41,718 bases of DNA from a virus (IMGVR_UViG_3300028585_000037:1-41718), one strand, 5' to 3'; shown: positions 16,673 to 26,521, numbered from the stretch's first letter. A program made the numbers and translations. The notes: a model not told the origin generated them from the letters alone.

Positions 16673-19600
16673 CAGTTGTCCACCCTCTTGAAATGAATCG
16701 TGCGGAAAAACTTCTCACCGTTAGCGCAGAGGAACGGCAGCGTGCAGTAATTCAACGGGTCAGCCGACGTGTCCATGCCGCCCAACTTCACCGCTATCAG
16801 CGCGCCTTGGGCGACTGGTTCCTCCAGTACGGTGACGCCAACTGGCGCCGCCTTAAGCGCCGACGCGATCTGCGTGTTGCTGTCGGCAAGAATGTTTGTC
16901 ATGTCTCCCACGACATACCGCTTGTCGTCCGGATCCTTGGCTATCACCCACACGCCTTGGCTCTTCGCGAACCAGATGGTGCGGTCGATCTGCTCCCCAT
17001 TAGCAAACGTGATGCGCAGCGTGCAGAAATTCAACGCCCCCACCGCCTCGCTCAGGCCGCCGATCTTCACCGGGATCAGTGAGCCTTGCACCACCGGCGC
17101 CTCAAGCACAGTCACGCCAGCCGGCACCGCGACTACCGAAGTGGCCGTGGTCTTGCTGTCTGCCAAGTCGAATGAAATATCGGCCACGCAGTAGAACTCG
17201 TCCAGCGGATGCTTGTCGATCGTCAGGCGTCCGTTCAGCACATAGGGGCCACCCGGCACCGAAGTGCTCACCGTCTTGCCGAAGACAACAACTCGCGTGC
17301 CGCCTGGGAAAACCACCTTTCGAGTGGTCGAAACCTTCGAAGCGTCGACGTTGTTTTGCACCGGCGGCTGCTCGGTCGCAGTGACCAGGCTTGCCGACAG
17401 CGGCGCCGAGAGATTTCCGGCGGCGTCGTAAGCACGCGCGCGCACCGGATACGTCGTGGCAGCAGTCAGGCCCGAAACCGCAAACGACCGCGACAGCCCG
17501 ACGTTCACGTAGCTCGTGCCGCCGTTGATGCTGTACTCGTAGCCGGCCACGCCGACGTTGTCGGTCGCCGCCTGGAAGGACAGCGTGGCGCCGCTCGTGG
17601 TGATGCCGGTGATGCTGATCGTGCCGGCCATGACCGGCGCCATCGTATCCGGCTCGGGCACCGCGCCGGTATCCGGCTCGACAGCCATATCCGTCTCGGC
17701 CAGGAGCGGCAGCGGCTGCGCGGTGTTGCCGTAGATCGGCGTGCCGACGGGCGGCGCCGAGCCGGACAGGTACTGCAGCGTCTCGACCGGGCGATCACAG
17801 CGCACGCGCAGCAGACTCGCATTGACGCGATCGACGCCCAGCACCGTCACTGGCTGCTTGTCGAAGCCGGTACCGGTAAAGCCAGTCGCCGACGCCGGCA
17901 CGGCGAGGTCCGTCGAGCCGCGGTGCGTGACTTGCACCAGCACGTCGTTGCCCGATGCGGTCATGCCCTTGATGTACGGCGAGCCCATCGGCACGCCGTC
18001 GTAGATCGTCGAACCGGACTGGAAAGCGCTGCGCACGTTCAGCGCCGGATACCCGCCTGCAGCTGGCGACAGGTGAGTGCCGTCGCTCGTCAGCATCAGG
18101 AAATCCAGCGTTTGCACGTGGATGACGTACGGCTTCTTGCCCACTCGATTCTCGGCCATGCGAATCATGTTCGACTGGGCGTCGAATGATGCCTTCGTGC
18201 CAACGTCGAAAGCGGTGCGCCGGTTGTAGCCGACCAGAATGATCCACAGGTTCGGGTTGCCTGCCAAATTACGCACGCGTTGGATCAGAGCGTCGATATT
18301 TGCTTCGTGCTGCTCGCTGCTCTGCACAAGGCCCATGGCCGCGTCGTTCGAGCCCACCGTGATTACGCAGCTAGAGAAGCCGCCAACGTCCGCCACATCG
18401 GCGGCGAACGCATTCCAGCCGGCGTAGTTGCTCGCGATCCAACTCGCCAGTGTGCTGCCGCCCTGGCCCGAATCGATCATGCCGAACGGCACACCCGACT
18501 TTTCGGCGAGCGCATTGGCGGCAATAATCGCGCCGCCGACGGTCCCGAACGCGCGCCACGCGGTGCCGTCGTAGTAGGACACGTCGTCGCGTGGGGTCAG
18601 TCCGGTACCGGAAGAACTCGTAAAGCCGCGCTCAGCGCCGCTCGACCCGATCCAGGCCTGTACGTCGCCCACGCCGAAACGCTCGGTGCTGATGGCTGAC
18701 TCGGCAAGCGGCGCGCCGCTTGCGTTCTTGCTGCGTACCTGCGCGCGCCGCTTGCCCGGGCCTGCCGGGACACTGATGTTTGCGCTCCAGGTGTTCGCGC
18801 CGATAGTGGCGCCTGCGCCAGCGTACGCCGCGACAATGGTCGAGCCGTCAGCGGCATACAGGCACCGATCAAACGACGCCGGCTTTTCGCCGGCGAAAGC
18901 GCCCGAGATCGCCACAGCGGCGGCACCATTGATACGCTGGTAGATGCGCTCGCTGGTCGGCATGGCCAGCGTCACGCTATTCACCGGCAGTTCGACAGGG
19001 GTTCCGCCGCCGCTGGTAAAGTTGTAGGGCGGCTCGTCGCTGGTGGTCGGGCTGCCGCTCAGCGTGAGCGGGAATTTGTTCGGGCCCGCATCGGCGATGT
19101 CGGTGACGCTCGACATGCGCGAATAGATCACCGGCGTCTTGCCGAGGTTCGTGACCAGGTCTTCGCCATTCGCCATACGGGCGAACTCGGCCAGCGTCAA
19201 ATTGTCCAGCATGAAGCCGGTGCGGCCCTGCGACTGGTCACTCCGACGATTGGTCGCACCGTCGGCACGTCCACCGATCACAAAGGCCGACCCATTTAGC
19301 TCCTTGAGCAGGTATGAGCTGGTGCTGGAACCTTCGAGCACGACGTTTGCATCCGTCGCAACCACGCCGTCCACGATTGGGCAGCGGTACAGACGAACGG
19401 TGGTGCCGTCGCTTTGTAGAAGATACTGATGCGTGCCTTGCGTCAACTTCGTAGCGGCAACGATTGGCGCGTCAGCAGTTGCTGATACCGTATCAGCAAA
19501 TACCACGATGCGGCCCTGGAGACTGCCGATGCTGGAACCAGACGTATAGAAGGCGATGTTCAGCGACCCGGCAGCACCGAAATTACCGGTCGAAATCAAA

Positions 19601-19743
19601 TACTGCGGGTTGTCGCCAGTTACCAGGCCGTCATAGCGAAGGGTGAAGAGGAACGCCCACAGTTGGGCCGCTGGAATCGTCAGCTGCGGGTTATCCGCAG
19701 CAGCAAGGGATTGGTTACCAGCGGCGCGATTATTCTTGATCAT
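16672..19743 (-). CDS. Large putative virion protein: N-terminal lectin-like beta domain, SGNH/sialate-O-acetylesterase-like domain, FN3 domain, duplicated C-terminal domain
   Basis: SGNH blocks GDVQAWIGSS, GQGGST, GSND and DGTH; FN3 signature ATDNVGVAGY...GLTAATTY.V.ARAYDAAGNLS; two ~88-aa similar C-terminal units. Confidence 0.75.
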   Translation of the reverse strand: MIKNNRAAGNQSLAAADNPQLTIPAAQLWAFLFTLRYDGLVTGDNPQYLISTGNFGAAGSLNIAFYTSGSSIGSLQGRIVVFADTVSATADAPIVAATKLTQGTHQYLLQSDGTTVRLYRCPIVDGVVATDANVVLEGSSTSSYLLKELNGSAFVIGGRADGATNRRSDQSQGRTGFMLDNLTLAEFARMANGEDLVTNLGKTPVIYSRMSSVTDIADAGPNKFPLTLSGSPTTSDEPPYNFTSGGGTPVELPVNSVTLAMPTSERIYQRINGAAAVAISGAFAGEKPASFDRCLYAADGSTIVAAYAGAGATIGANTWSANISVPAGPGKRRAQVRSKNASGAPLAESAISTERFGVGDVQAWIGSSGAERGFTSSSGTGLTPRDDVSYYDGTAWRAFGTVGGAIIAANALAEKSGVPFGMIDSGQGGSTLASWIASNYAGWNAFAADVADVGGFSSCVITVGSNDAAMGLVQSSEQHEANIDALIQRVRNLAGNPNLWIILVGYNRRTAFDVGTKASFDAQSNMIRMAENRVGKKPYVIHVQTLDFLMLTSDGTHLSPAAGGYPALNVRSAFQSGSTIYDGVPMGSPYIKGMTASGNDVLVQVTHRGSTDLAVPASATGFTGTGFDKQPVTVLGVDRVNASLLRVRCDRPVETLQYLSGSAPPVGTPIYGNTAQPLPLLAETDMAVEPDTGAVPEPDTMAPVMAGTISITGITTSGATLSFQAATDNVGVAGYEYSINGGTSYVNVGLSRSFAVSGLTAATTYPVRARAYDAAGNLSAPLSASLVTATEQPPVQNNVDASKVSTTRKVVFPGGTRVVVFGKTVSTSVPGGPYVLNGRLTIDKHPLDEFYCVADISFDLADSKTTATSVVAVPAGVTVLEAPVVQGSLIPVKIGGLSEAVGALNFCTLRITFANGEQIDRTIWFAKSQGVWVIAKDPDDKRYVVGDMTNILADSNTQIASALKAAPVGVTVLEEPVAQGALIAVKLGGMDTSADPLNYCTLPFLCANGEKFFRTIHFKRVDN

Positions 19744-19790
19744 GTGGCGGCCTACCGGTCAGGGGTAAAACGAATAGCGTGCGGGCGCGC

Positions 19791-20054
19791 TCAGGATGCC
19801 TGCAGCTCGATGGTTTTCATGCGTCCGTGCCGCTCGAGCATCACCGTGGTGACGCCGCGCTCTCGCAGCAGGTCGAGTGTCTTCTCCCACGTATCGCGAT
19901 CGACTGTGCCGATGGCGCCGTGCAAGTAGACGGTTTTATCGGTCAAGTGCGTCACCGTGACGATGGCCAGGTACGGACGGCGGTTCTCGTATCCGCCCGG
20001 CTGGTCGTAGGCGCGAATTGCCGACGTTTGCGGGGTCATCGTCAGGTGGATCAT
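19791..20054 (-). CDS. Hypothetical protein
   Basis: 87-aa ORF co-oriented in the late operon, preceded by a purine-rich RBS-like stretch. Confidence 0.65.
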   Translation of the reverse strand: MIHLTMTPQTSAIRAYDQPGGYENRRPYLAIVTVTHLTDKTVYLHGAIGTVDRDTWEKTLDLLRERGVTTVMLERHGRMKTIELQAS

Positions 20055-20071
20055 CGCGGTCTGCCCTGGGG

Positions 20072-20260
20072 TTATTTCGCGGCGCGGCCGCGTTTGGCTG
20101 GTGCCGGTACTTCACCATCAGCCGGCGCGGCCCAGCCCTCAGTCGTCGCGACCTCGATCAGGTCTTCATCGTCGGTTTCGATCTCGGCGCCGGCTTCGAA
20201 ATGCTCCACCTCGACGCCTCGATGCGCCCAGCTGAAGTCTTTTTGAGCGGTCAGTTTCAT
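20072..20260 (-). CDS. Small post-capsid protein (possible head accessory)
   Basis: MKLTAQKDF..FEAG..LI..GWA with a basic tail; GGAG RBS; typical position after the MCP. Confidence 0.7.
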   Translation of the reverse strand: MKLTAQKDFSWAHRGVEVEHFEAGAEIETDDEDLIEVATTEGWAAPADGEVPAPAKRGRAAK

Positions 20261-20276
20261 AGCTGCTCCAGAATGG

Positions 20277-20300
20277 AAAAGGGCCGCCACAGCGGCCCTT
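20277..20300 (-). terminator. Terminator-like hairpin after the capsid gene
   Basis: AAGGGCCGC-TGTG-GCGGCCCTTTT. Confidence 0.6.
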
Positions 20301-20314
20301 CCCGGGTTGATGGA

Positions 20315-21712
20315 TTACGCTGCAGCGATCTTGAGCAGCTTGATCGCCTGGGTGTTGCGCAGCTTGCCGCCCACGCGCTTGCGCACGTAGAACTTGACGA
20401 AGCCCGGCGTGGTGATCTCGTCGCGGGTGATGCGCATGCCCACGCGATCGCAGATCAGGTAGCCTTCCTTGAAGTCGCCGAACGCCAGCGGGAACGCATT
20501 CGCGGCCAGGGCCGGCATGTCTTCGGCTTCGGTGATCCCGTAATTCAGGAACGTCGCCGGTTGGCCAGCCGTCAGGGCCGGCTGCCACAGGTAGCGGCCA
20601 TCGCCGTCCTTGTATTTGCGCAGGGCAGCCAGGATCAGCTTGCTGGTCAGCCACTGCGCATTGTTGCGATAGCGGGCGCGCAACGAGTAGACCAGGTCCA
20701 GGAACACGTCCGGGTTGGTTGGCAGCGCGGCAGCCTGGCCCGATGCCAGATACTGCAGCGTACCGAAGGCGCGCGCCGCGTCAGCGGTTGCCACCGGTGC
20801 CGGGCCGCCCAGGATGCCGGTCGGCTTCTTGACGCCGTCGCCGCGGATGAACGCGACGCCCTCGCCGACGGCCATCGACTCCGACGCCGAGCCGGTCAAC
20901 CAGTCTTCGACGTTAAAGAACAGGTCGTCGAGCGACTCTTCCGAGGCCTGTGGCTTGGCCGATGCCATGCCGAAGGTCGGCGCCACTTCCACCAGGTTCG
21001 GCGTGTCGGTCTGGTTGCGGGTATCAGTTTCACCTACCCATTCAAAGCCGGCGCCGCCGATGTCGAACAGTTCCTTGTAGTCGGTGCTACCGACTTGGCG
21101 CACAGTGGCGATCTGGCGGATCGGCGAGATGTCGGCCGACAGGCGCGCGATCGTGCGCTCGATTACTTCCGGCAGTGCATAACCGCCGCCCGAGCCGCTG
21201 CCGACGGTCGCCTGGGTGGCACGACGCTCGCCCGGACCGGTATTGCTTTTCGCTTCCAGCGCCTGGAACGTTTGTTGCATGCGCTGCTCGCGCGCGAAGT
21301 CGCGTGGCGAGCGAATCCAGTCGTACAGCGCTTCCTTGTACTCGGTCTCTTCCTGGCTTGCGCGTTGCTCGCGATCGCCGCCCGTGAACGCGCCAGGGCG
21401 AGCCAGCTTGGTCTCGACCTTTTCCAGGCGGGACTTCTGTTCCGACATCGAGGTCATCGCCTCGTCCATGCGCGCCAGCTTTGCGTCCAGGTCGGCGGTC
21501 GACTTGCCGGCCTTGAGCGCTTCGATGCGCTGGTCGTTGGTCTGTTTGTATTCGGTAAATGCCGTGTTGATCTTGTCGATCGCTTCGGCAACAGTGCGCA
21601 GCGTAGGCTCTTCGCGCTTCTCGTATGGCACGGCGGCCTTGGCCTGGAAGGCGGCGAAGTGCGCAGCCATCGTGACGGCCATCAAAGTGGCCACGTTGCG
21701 GGTTTTGTACAT
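20315..21712 (-). CDS. Major capsid protein, HK97 family, with N-terminal delta domain
   Basis: GGYALP, WVGET, KPTGIL, LRKYKDGDGRYLWQP, FGDF and RVGG motifs; probable ATG 21712. Confidence 0.96.
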   Translation of the reverse strand: MYKTRNVATLMAVTMAAHFAAFQAKAAVPYEKREEPTLRTVAEAIDKINTAFTEYKQTNDQRIEALKAGKSTADLDAKLARMDEAMTSMSEQKSRLEKVETKLARPGAFTGGDREQRASQEETEYKEALYDWIRSPRDFAREQRMQQTFQALEAKSNTGPGERRATQATVGSGSGGGYALPEVIERTIARLSADISPIRQIATVRQVGSTDYKELFDIGGAGFEWVGETDTRNQTDTPNLVEVAPTFGMASAKPQASEESLDDLFFNVEDWLTGSASESMAVGEGVAFIRGDGVKKPTGILGGPAPVATADAARAFGTLQYLASGQAAALPTNPDVFLDLVYSLRARYRNNAQWLTSKLILAALRKYKDGDGRYLWQPALTAGQPATFLNYGITEAEDMPALAANAFPLAFGDFKEGYLICDRVGMRITRDEITTPGFVKFYVRKRVGGKLRNTQAIKLLKIAAA

Positions 21713-21720
21713 AGGTTCTT

Positions 21721-22512
21721 TCAAGAAGTGAGGGAATTGAGCAGCCGCTCGGCCGCCTTCAGAGCTGCTGTCGCCTCATGAGCGTCCCGCTCATCCAAAG
21801 CGATGCGTTTGACCTCGGCGATCATCGCCTTGGCCGCGTCTGCCGAGAATCCTGCATCCCGCAGGGATTGCTCGGCTTGACGAATGGTTTTGATGCCGGA
21901 GACGTCCGCCGCCTTGATGCCGGTAATGCGCGATTTGTCGTTCGACGGGAACGTAACCAGCGAGACCTCCCACAGCTCGACCTCGGTCAGCGTGCGCACG
22001 TCGGTGTCCCGGTCATAGCCCCACTGCTTCGACACGAAGCCGATCGACAGACCGTTGAGTGCGCCCATCTTCATGAGCGCGTACGCTTCGGCGCCTTTCA
22101 CCGTATCCAGGGCCAGCTTGCCCTTGATGCGCAGGCCTTTGCTATCCTCGATCATCTCGGTCCAGACGCCGATCGGCACCGTGGCGTCGTGCTGCCAGAG
22201 CATCGCCGGCATGGTCCCCGCCGCGCGGTGCGCCGCCAGGGTGACCGCATAGGCACCGGCTTCAATCACATCGTCGTAACTGTCGCGCACGCCGAACACC
22301 GAGCCGTAGCCCTCGATCGTGCCGTCGTCGCCCACCGATTTCAGTTCGAAGGCGATGTTCCGCACCTCACGGCCGCCAGCGCCAGAGCGGCGCTCCAGTT
22401 TCGGCGGTAGCGGACACTCAAGCACAGGCTGCGCCGCGCGCTGCGGTGCACGCAGCATTGCCTGTTCCAGGCTATGAGGCATCGGACGCAGTGTCGGTTT
22501 CTTCATCTTCAT
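21721..22512 (-). CDS. Prohead maturation protease, HK97 family
   Basis: GYGSVF, MLWQHD, GLSIGF and LWEVSLVTFP motifs. Confidence 0.95.
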   Translation of the reverse strand: MKMKKPTLRPMPHSLEQAMLRAPQRAAQPVLECPLPPKLERRSGAGGREVRNIAFELKSVGDDGTIEGYGSVFGVRDSYDDVIEAGAYAVTLAAHRAAGTMPAMLWQHDATVPIGVWTEMIEDSKGLRIKGKLALDTVKGAEAYALMKMGALNGLSIGFVSKQWGYDRDTDVRTLTEVELWEVSLVTFPSNDKSRITGIKAADVSGIKTIRQAEQSLRDAGFSADAAKAMIAEVKRIALDERDAHEATAALKAAERLLNSLTS

Positions 22513-23716
22513 TTCCTTGTTTGGTGCCCTGCATCATGTTCATCGGGGTCAATGGGACGTCGAGACCGGGCAGCGAGTCCTTCCCTTCCTCGTCTCGGAT
22601 CTCGTTTCGGGTGTAGATGCCCATCTCGGCCATGGTGCGGGCCCACTGCGCCCGGTCCTTCATCGAGCCGGCCATCAGGTAACGCGTGTCAAATTCGGCG
22701 AAGAGCGGTCCCGAGCCGTCGAGTAGCATCTCGTCCATTCGCTGCGTCCAGGCCATGTGCCAAGGCGCCAGCGTGTGCTTGGCGTGCGCCGCGAAGAAAG
22801 CTTCCGAACTGGCGAACGTTGCCGACTTGTCGTTGTGACCGACCATGATCGGGAAAACACCGTAGCCACGGCAGATTTCCTCGATCTGCAGCCGGCGCGT
22901 CTCGACGTGCTGGGCATCGACTCCCGTTTGCGAGGTTGGGGTCCATTTCGCGCCGTTGTCCAGCACCAGGGGATCGCCGTTCTTTGCCAAACCGGCGAAT
23001 TTTTTGATCCACGCTGTCAGGCGCGTGTGCTGTGTTTCGTCAAGGGTTTTTTCGACCGAGTACACACCGCTGGGACGCAGACCATTCTGGTGCATCGCCG
23101 CCTGGCTCTGCTCCGTGGCCATGGCCAGCCCGATCGCCGACCGGGCCAGCTTGACTGCATCGAGGTTACGCACCCAGTCCCATTGCAAGCCGTTGAGCAG
23201 GAACACGTCGTCAGGGCTGAACGTGCCGATCAGCCCGAACTCGTCCCAGCAGCGATAGACCAACTCATAGCGCGACGTCCGCTCGACAGTCCAGCTGCCC
23301 GGAGGAACGGGAATCAGCTCGCGCACGCGGCGGTTGTCCCCGCGGACCTTGATGGACAGTGCACGCCCTTCGAGAGCGGCGTGCATGGTCATTTGCCGTC
23401 GCCACTCGAATGACGTCTGCCATTCGTTCGCGCGGCGTGCCAGGAGACGGTACTCTGGAATGTTGGTCGCCTTTTCGCGGCGGCCGTCATTCTGCTCCCG
23501 GTACACGTGGAGCTTTGGGGTGGCGCAGCCATCGGCGATCACCTTCACGCAGGCCAGCACGGTCGTGACCTTCAGCGCGGTCAGAGCGTTGACGTGCACG
23601 CCAGCGATGATGGCGCCGCCACCACCGTTGATCAGGTCCATTACCTGGGCGTCGGTGCGCTGAGCAGACTTGCGCCCTAGAATGCGGTCGATGAATTTCA
23701 ATCTTTGTCCCACCAT
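22472..23716 (-). CDS. Portal protein, HK97 family
   Basis: ACVKVIA, NGLRPSG, DAQHVETR, EICRGYGV and TRNEIR motifs. Confidence 0.95.
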   Translation of the reverse strand: MVGQRLKFIDRILGRKSAQRTDAQVMDLINGGGGAIIAGVHVNALTALKVTTVLACVKVIADGCATPKLHVYREQNDGRREKATNIPEYRLLARRANEWQTSFEWRRQMTMHAALEGRALSIKVRGDNRRVRELIPVPPGSWTVERTSRYELVYRCWDEFGLIGTFSPDDVFLLNGLQWDWVRNLDAVKLARSAIGLAMATEQSQAAMHQNGLRPSGVYSVEKTLDETQHTRLTAWIKKFAGLAKNGDPLVLDNGAKWTPTSQTGVDAQHVETRRLQIEEICRGYGVFPIMVGHNDKSATFASSEAFFAAHAKHTLAPWHMAWTQRMDEMLLDGSGPLFAEFDTRYLMAGSMKDRAQWARTMAEMGIYTRNEIRDEEGKDSLPGLDVPLTPMNMMQGTKQGNEDEETDTASDAS

Positions 23717-25380
23717 GATTTAGCGACTTCGCAGCCACTGATTGCGCGGGCAACGCCCATGATCGCGGCCACAGGGCCGTCAATCTTTTGCTCGGGCTTT
23801 TCCTTGCGCGGATAGATGTTGTCCTTTGCGTCGAGCTTGGCGACGACGTTGGACATCATCCAGGTCAGCAACGGGTTGCCGTCGTGGTGCACACGGCCGG
23901 CCTTAATCGCGCTTTCGAACTCCTTCATCGGCAGCGAGAGGTTTTTGACGGTCTGCCCTACCTCCACCGCGGTGATGCCATTCTTCGTGAGTCGCTGCTC
24001 AAGCTGCGCAGCGCGGAACGGGTCAAAGACGACTTCGTCTGGCCCAAACTCGGCCACCAGGGTGAGCATGTCCTCCTCGATCAGGTCGAAGTCAATCTCG
24101 GCGCCGTCGTGCTGCTGCAGGAAGCCCTCGATCACCCACTTGCGGTAGGCGTTCTTGTTCTTTTCTGCGTTCTCGATGGCGTCTTCCGGCAAGTAGTAGT
24201 CTCCGAACAGGTAGAAATGCTGCTTGCCCTCGATCTCGCGGATGAACATCAGCATCAGCACGCACACGTCCGATCGGCTCGCCAAGTCCAGCACCAGGTA
24301 GCAGCGCTCCCCCTTGAACTGCTCGCGGCGCAGCGTCCGGTCCGCGCACTTGGCCCATTCCAGCATGTTCAGCCAGGCTGACTTCGCCGAGCACCAGATG
24401 TTCAGGTGCTTCGTCTTGAAGCGGGTCTGCTTCGACGCGCTCTGCATCGCCTGCCGCTGCTGCGACAGCAGAAAGTCCTCGTCGACGGAGATGCCGAAAT
24501 TCGGGTTTGCCTTGCGCAGCGCGGCCGGACTGGTCCAGTCGTCCTTCTCGTCGATCGTGTAGATCAGCGCGAACAGCTCGGGGTCGTCCAGCACGCCCTC
24601 CAGCACCTTCTTGGCGTCCTGCTCCTGGTCGAAGCACGGCCCGGCGATGTTGAAGCCGGCGGTAGTGATCATCAGGAGCAGCGGCTGCTCCCGGGCGCCC
24701 ATGCCGGTCTCCATCGTGTCGACGAGGTCGGAGGTGTCGTGCTCGTGGTATTCGTCGACGATCGCGCAGGACGGCGAAGCGCCGTCGCCAGGTTTGCCGA
24801 TGACTGGCTCGAAGCGGGAACCGTCTTCCGGAACCAGCAGCGCCTTCGCCCAGATTTCGGCGCCGAGCAGCTCCTGCAGGTCGGGCGTGCGCTCGAGCAT
24901 CTGCTTCGCCGGCCGGAACACTTCCCAAGCCTGCTTTTCGTTCGTGGCGCCGGAGTAGACTTCGGCACCGAACTCGCCGTCGGCGGCGAACATAAACAGG
25001 CCGAGCCCCGAACCAATGATCGACTTGCCGTTCTTACGCGGAACGGCGAAGTACGCCTTGCGAAACCGGCGCCGGTCGTTTTTCTTGATCTTCCAGCCGA
25101 ACAGCGCAACGAAGGCGAAGCACTGCCAGGGCTCCAGCTTGATCAGCTCACGCTTGCGCGCCCACTTGCCCTTCGTGTGCGGCATGAGTGACAGGAACGT
25201 GCACACCTTGTTGGCGGCAGCCGCGTCGAAGTAGTACGGGTAGGCCTTGCGTTTGCTGGCCTTCAGGTCGTCCAGATGCCGCTTACATGCGAGCTTGACC
25301 CACTTGCACGCGACGATCTTCTTTTTCACGACTGCCTGGGCATACTCCTCCGCGATGCCGACGTAATCGGCGGCCGACAT
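23698..25380 (-). CDS. terL: Terminase large subunit
   Basis: LEPWQ, Walker A PRKNGKS, Walker B IVDEYH, ITTAG, KANPN, LDLAS and KIDG. Confidence 0.97.
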   Translation of the reverse strand: MSAADYVGIAEEYAQAVVKKKIVACKWVKLACKRHLDDLKASKRKAYPYYFDAAAANKVCTFLSLMPHTKGKWARKRELIKLEPWQCFAFVALFGWKIKKNDRRRFRKAYFAVPRKNGKSIIGSGLGLFMFAADGEFGAEVYSGATNEKQAWEVFRPAKQMLERTPDLQELLGAEIWAKALLVPEDGSRFEPVIGKPGDGASPSCAIVDEYHEHDTSDLVDTMETGMGAREQPLLLMITTAGFNIAGPCFDQEQDAKKVLEGVLDDPELFALIYTIDEKDDWTSPAALRKANPNFGISVDEDFLLSQQRQAMQSASKQTRFKTKHLNIWCSAKSAWLNMLEWAKCADRTLRREQFKGERCYLVLDLASRSDVCVLMLMFIREIEGKQHFYLFGDYYLPEDAIENAEKNKNAYRKWVIEGFLQQHDGAEIDFDLIEEDMLTLVAEFGPDEVVFDPFRAAQLEQRLTKNGITAVEVGQTVKNLSLPMKEFESAIKAGRVHHDGNPLLTWMMSNVVAKLDAKDNIYPRKEKPEQKIDGPVAAIMGVARAISGCEVAKSWWDKD

Positions 25381-25781
25381 CAGTGCGCCTTCTTGTCGCC
25401 TAGGAGCGCGGCGAACGCGTTCACCTTCGGCGCTTTCTTGGTCGAGACGCGTGAACGGTCGGCCGGCGTCATGCCGAGCACGGCTAGCGCGGTGCGGATC
25501 TGGGCCAGCTGCGCGGCGGTGACATCCGGATCGGGTGTCATGCGGAAGTACGCGACCTGGCGGGCGGCCAGCTCAACGGCCATGCGGTCAGTCGCCTGCA
25601 GGACGGACGGCGGCAGGGCGGCGACGATCTCGTGCCAGACCGCGCGCTGGGCGTCGCTGAAGTATTCGGGCGGCGCCGGATCGAACGCGCCGGCGTCGAA
25701 ATCCTCGCGGCGCCGGTCCGGATCCTTGTCGAAAGCACCCCGAGCCTCCAGCACCGCCGAAGGGGTCCGGGGTTTGGGCAT
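25380..25781 (-). CDS. terS: Terminase small subunit (P27-like)
   Basis: PKPRTP start, PPEYFS..W, LGMTPADRSRV. Confidence 0.9.
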   Translation of the reverse strand: MPKPRTPSAVLEARGAFDKDPDRRREDFDAGAFDPAPPEYFSDAQRAVWHEIVAALPPSVLQATDRMAVELAARQVAYFRMTPDPDVTAAQLAQIRTALAVLGMTPADRSRVSTKKAPKVNAFAALLGDKKAH

Positions 25782-25828
25782 GCTGTAACTCCTGAAAGTC
25801 GAAAGTTTGAATTGCGGAGATAAAAATC

Positions 25829-25844
25829 AACCGAACTGGTCGGT
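25829..25844. other. Candidate cos site
   Basis: Between HNH and terS; ACCG-AACTGGT-CGGT symmetry; minus strand GACCGACCAGTTCGG lies between a G-run and a T-run. Confidence 0.45.
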
Positions 25845-25868
25845 CTAGAGGCAAACCGGCCCAGAGAC

Positions 25869-26249
25869 CTAGGCCGCCCCCACCCTTTCGGCCTGGGTTT
25901 TGGCCTTGTGGCAGGGTCCACAAACCGCCTGGAGCTGCGAATCGGCCTCGATCTGCTCTTTGGTCCATCCCAGCGCACGCGCCTGCGCCTTGCTCGTTAT
26001 GTGATCCACCTCGGTAGCGATGACGTGGCAGGTCGCGCCTTTGATCTGGCAGAGGCCACAGTCGCGCTGCAGGATGCGCTCACGGCGCTGCTGCCACTCG
26101 TAGCCATAGCCGCGCTGGGCGCTGGTCTTGTCACCGTTGCTGCGGACCCAGCCGGACGACTGCTTCACATGCCTGTCGCAGTAGCCAGGCGCGTCAACCA
26201 GTCGGCCGCAGCCGACCTTCCTGCAAATGGTCTTGGGGCGCGCGGCCAT
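25869..26249 (-). CDS. HNH endonuclease, terminase-associated (HK97 gp74-like)
   Basis: RGYG..W, CGLC, VDHI and CGPCH..KT; immediately upstream of terS. Confidence 0.9.
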   Translation of the reverse strand: MAARPKTICRKVGCGRLVDAPGYCDRHVKQSSGWVRSNGDKTSAQRGYGYEWQQRRERILQRDCGLCQIKGATCHVIATEVDHITSKAQARALGWTKEQIEADSQLQAVCGPCHKAKTQAERVGAA

Positions 26250-26521
26250 CAGCTGCGATTGGTGGGCGTCGACGAGGGCCGGAACAGTGCGCGAATCACC
26301 TTGCCGGTATTGGCTGGCACCTGGCGTGCGGCCTCGACAATGGTCAAGCCCGGCCCGCCGTGTCCATTGGCGCGCAAGATGCCATGCGCCTGTTCGCTTG
26401 CGGCCAGGCTCTCGGCAATCAAGTTCAGGCGAGCCAAGTCGGCAGCATGCGCTGGCTGCGCACCGTAGCCGAGCACAGCGCGCAGGATCTCGTCGCGATA
26501 GATGCGTTCAATGTTATTCAT
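26249..26521 (-). CDS. Hypothetical protein
   Basis: Stop overlaps the HNH start; probable ATG 26521. Confidence 0.55.
   Translation of the reverse strand: MNNIERIYRDEILRAVLGYGAQPAHAADLARLNLIAESLAASEQAHGILRANGHGGPGLTIVEAARQVPANTGKVIRALFRPSSTPTNRS

Noticed and set aside
21630-21712. Signal-peptide-like N-terminus of the capsid protein
   Set aside because: Only weakly hydrophobic and better explained as the start of the cleaved HK97 delta domain
20018-21781. 587-aa plus-strand ORF
   Set aside because: Antisense shadow of the capsid gene caused by high-GC codon bias; no motifs
25869-26249. HNH as a mobile homing endonuclease
   Set aside because: Size and position next to cos/terS fit the packaging cofactor class
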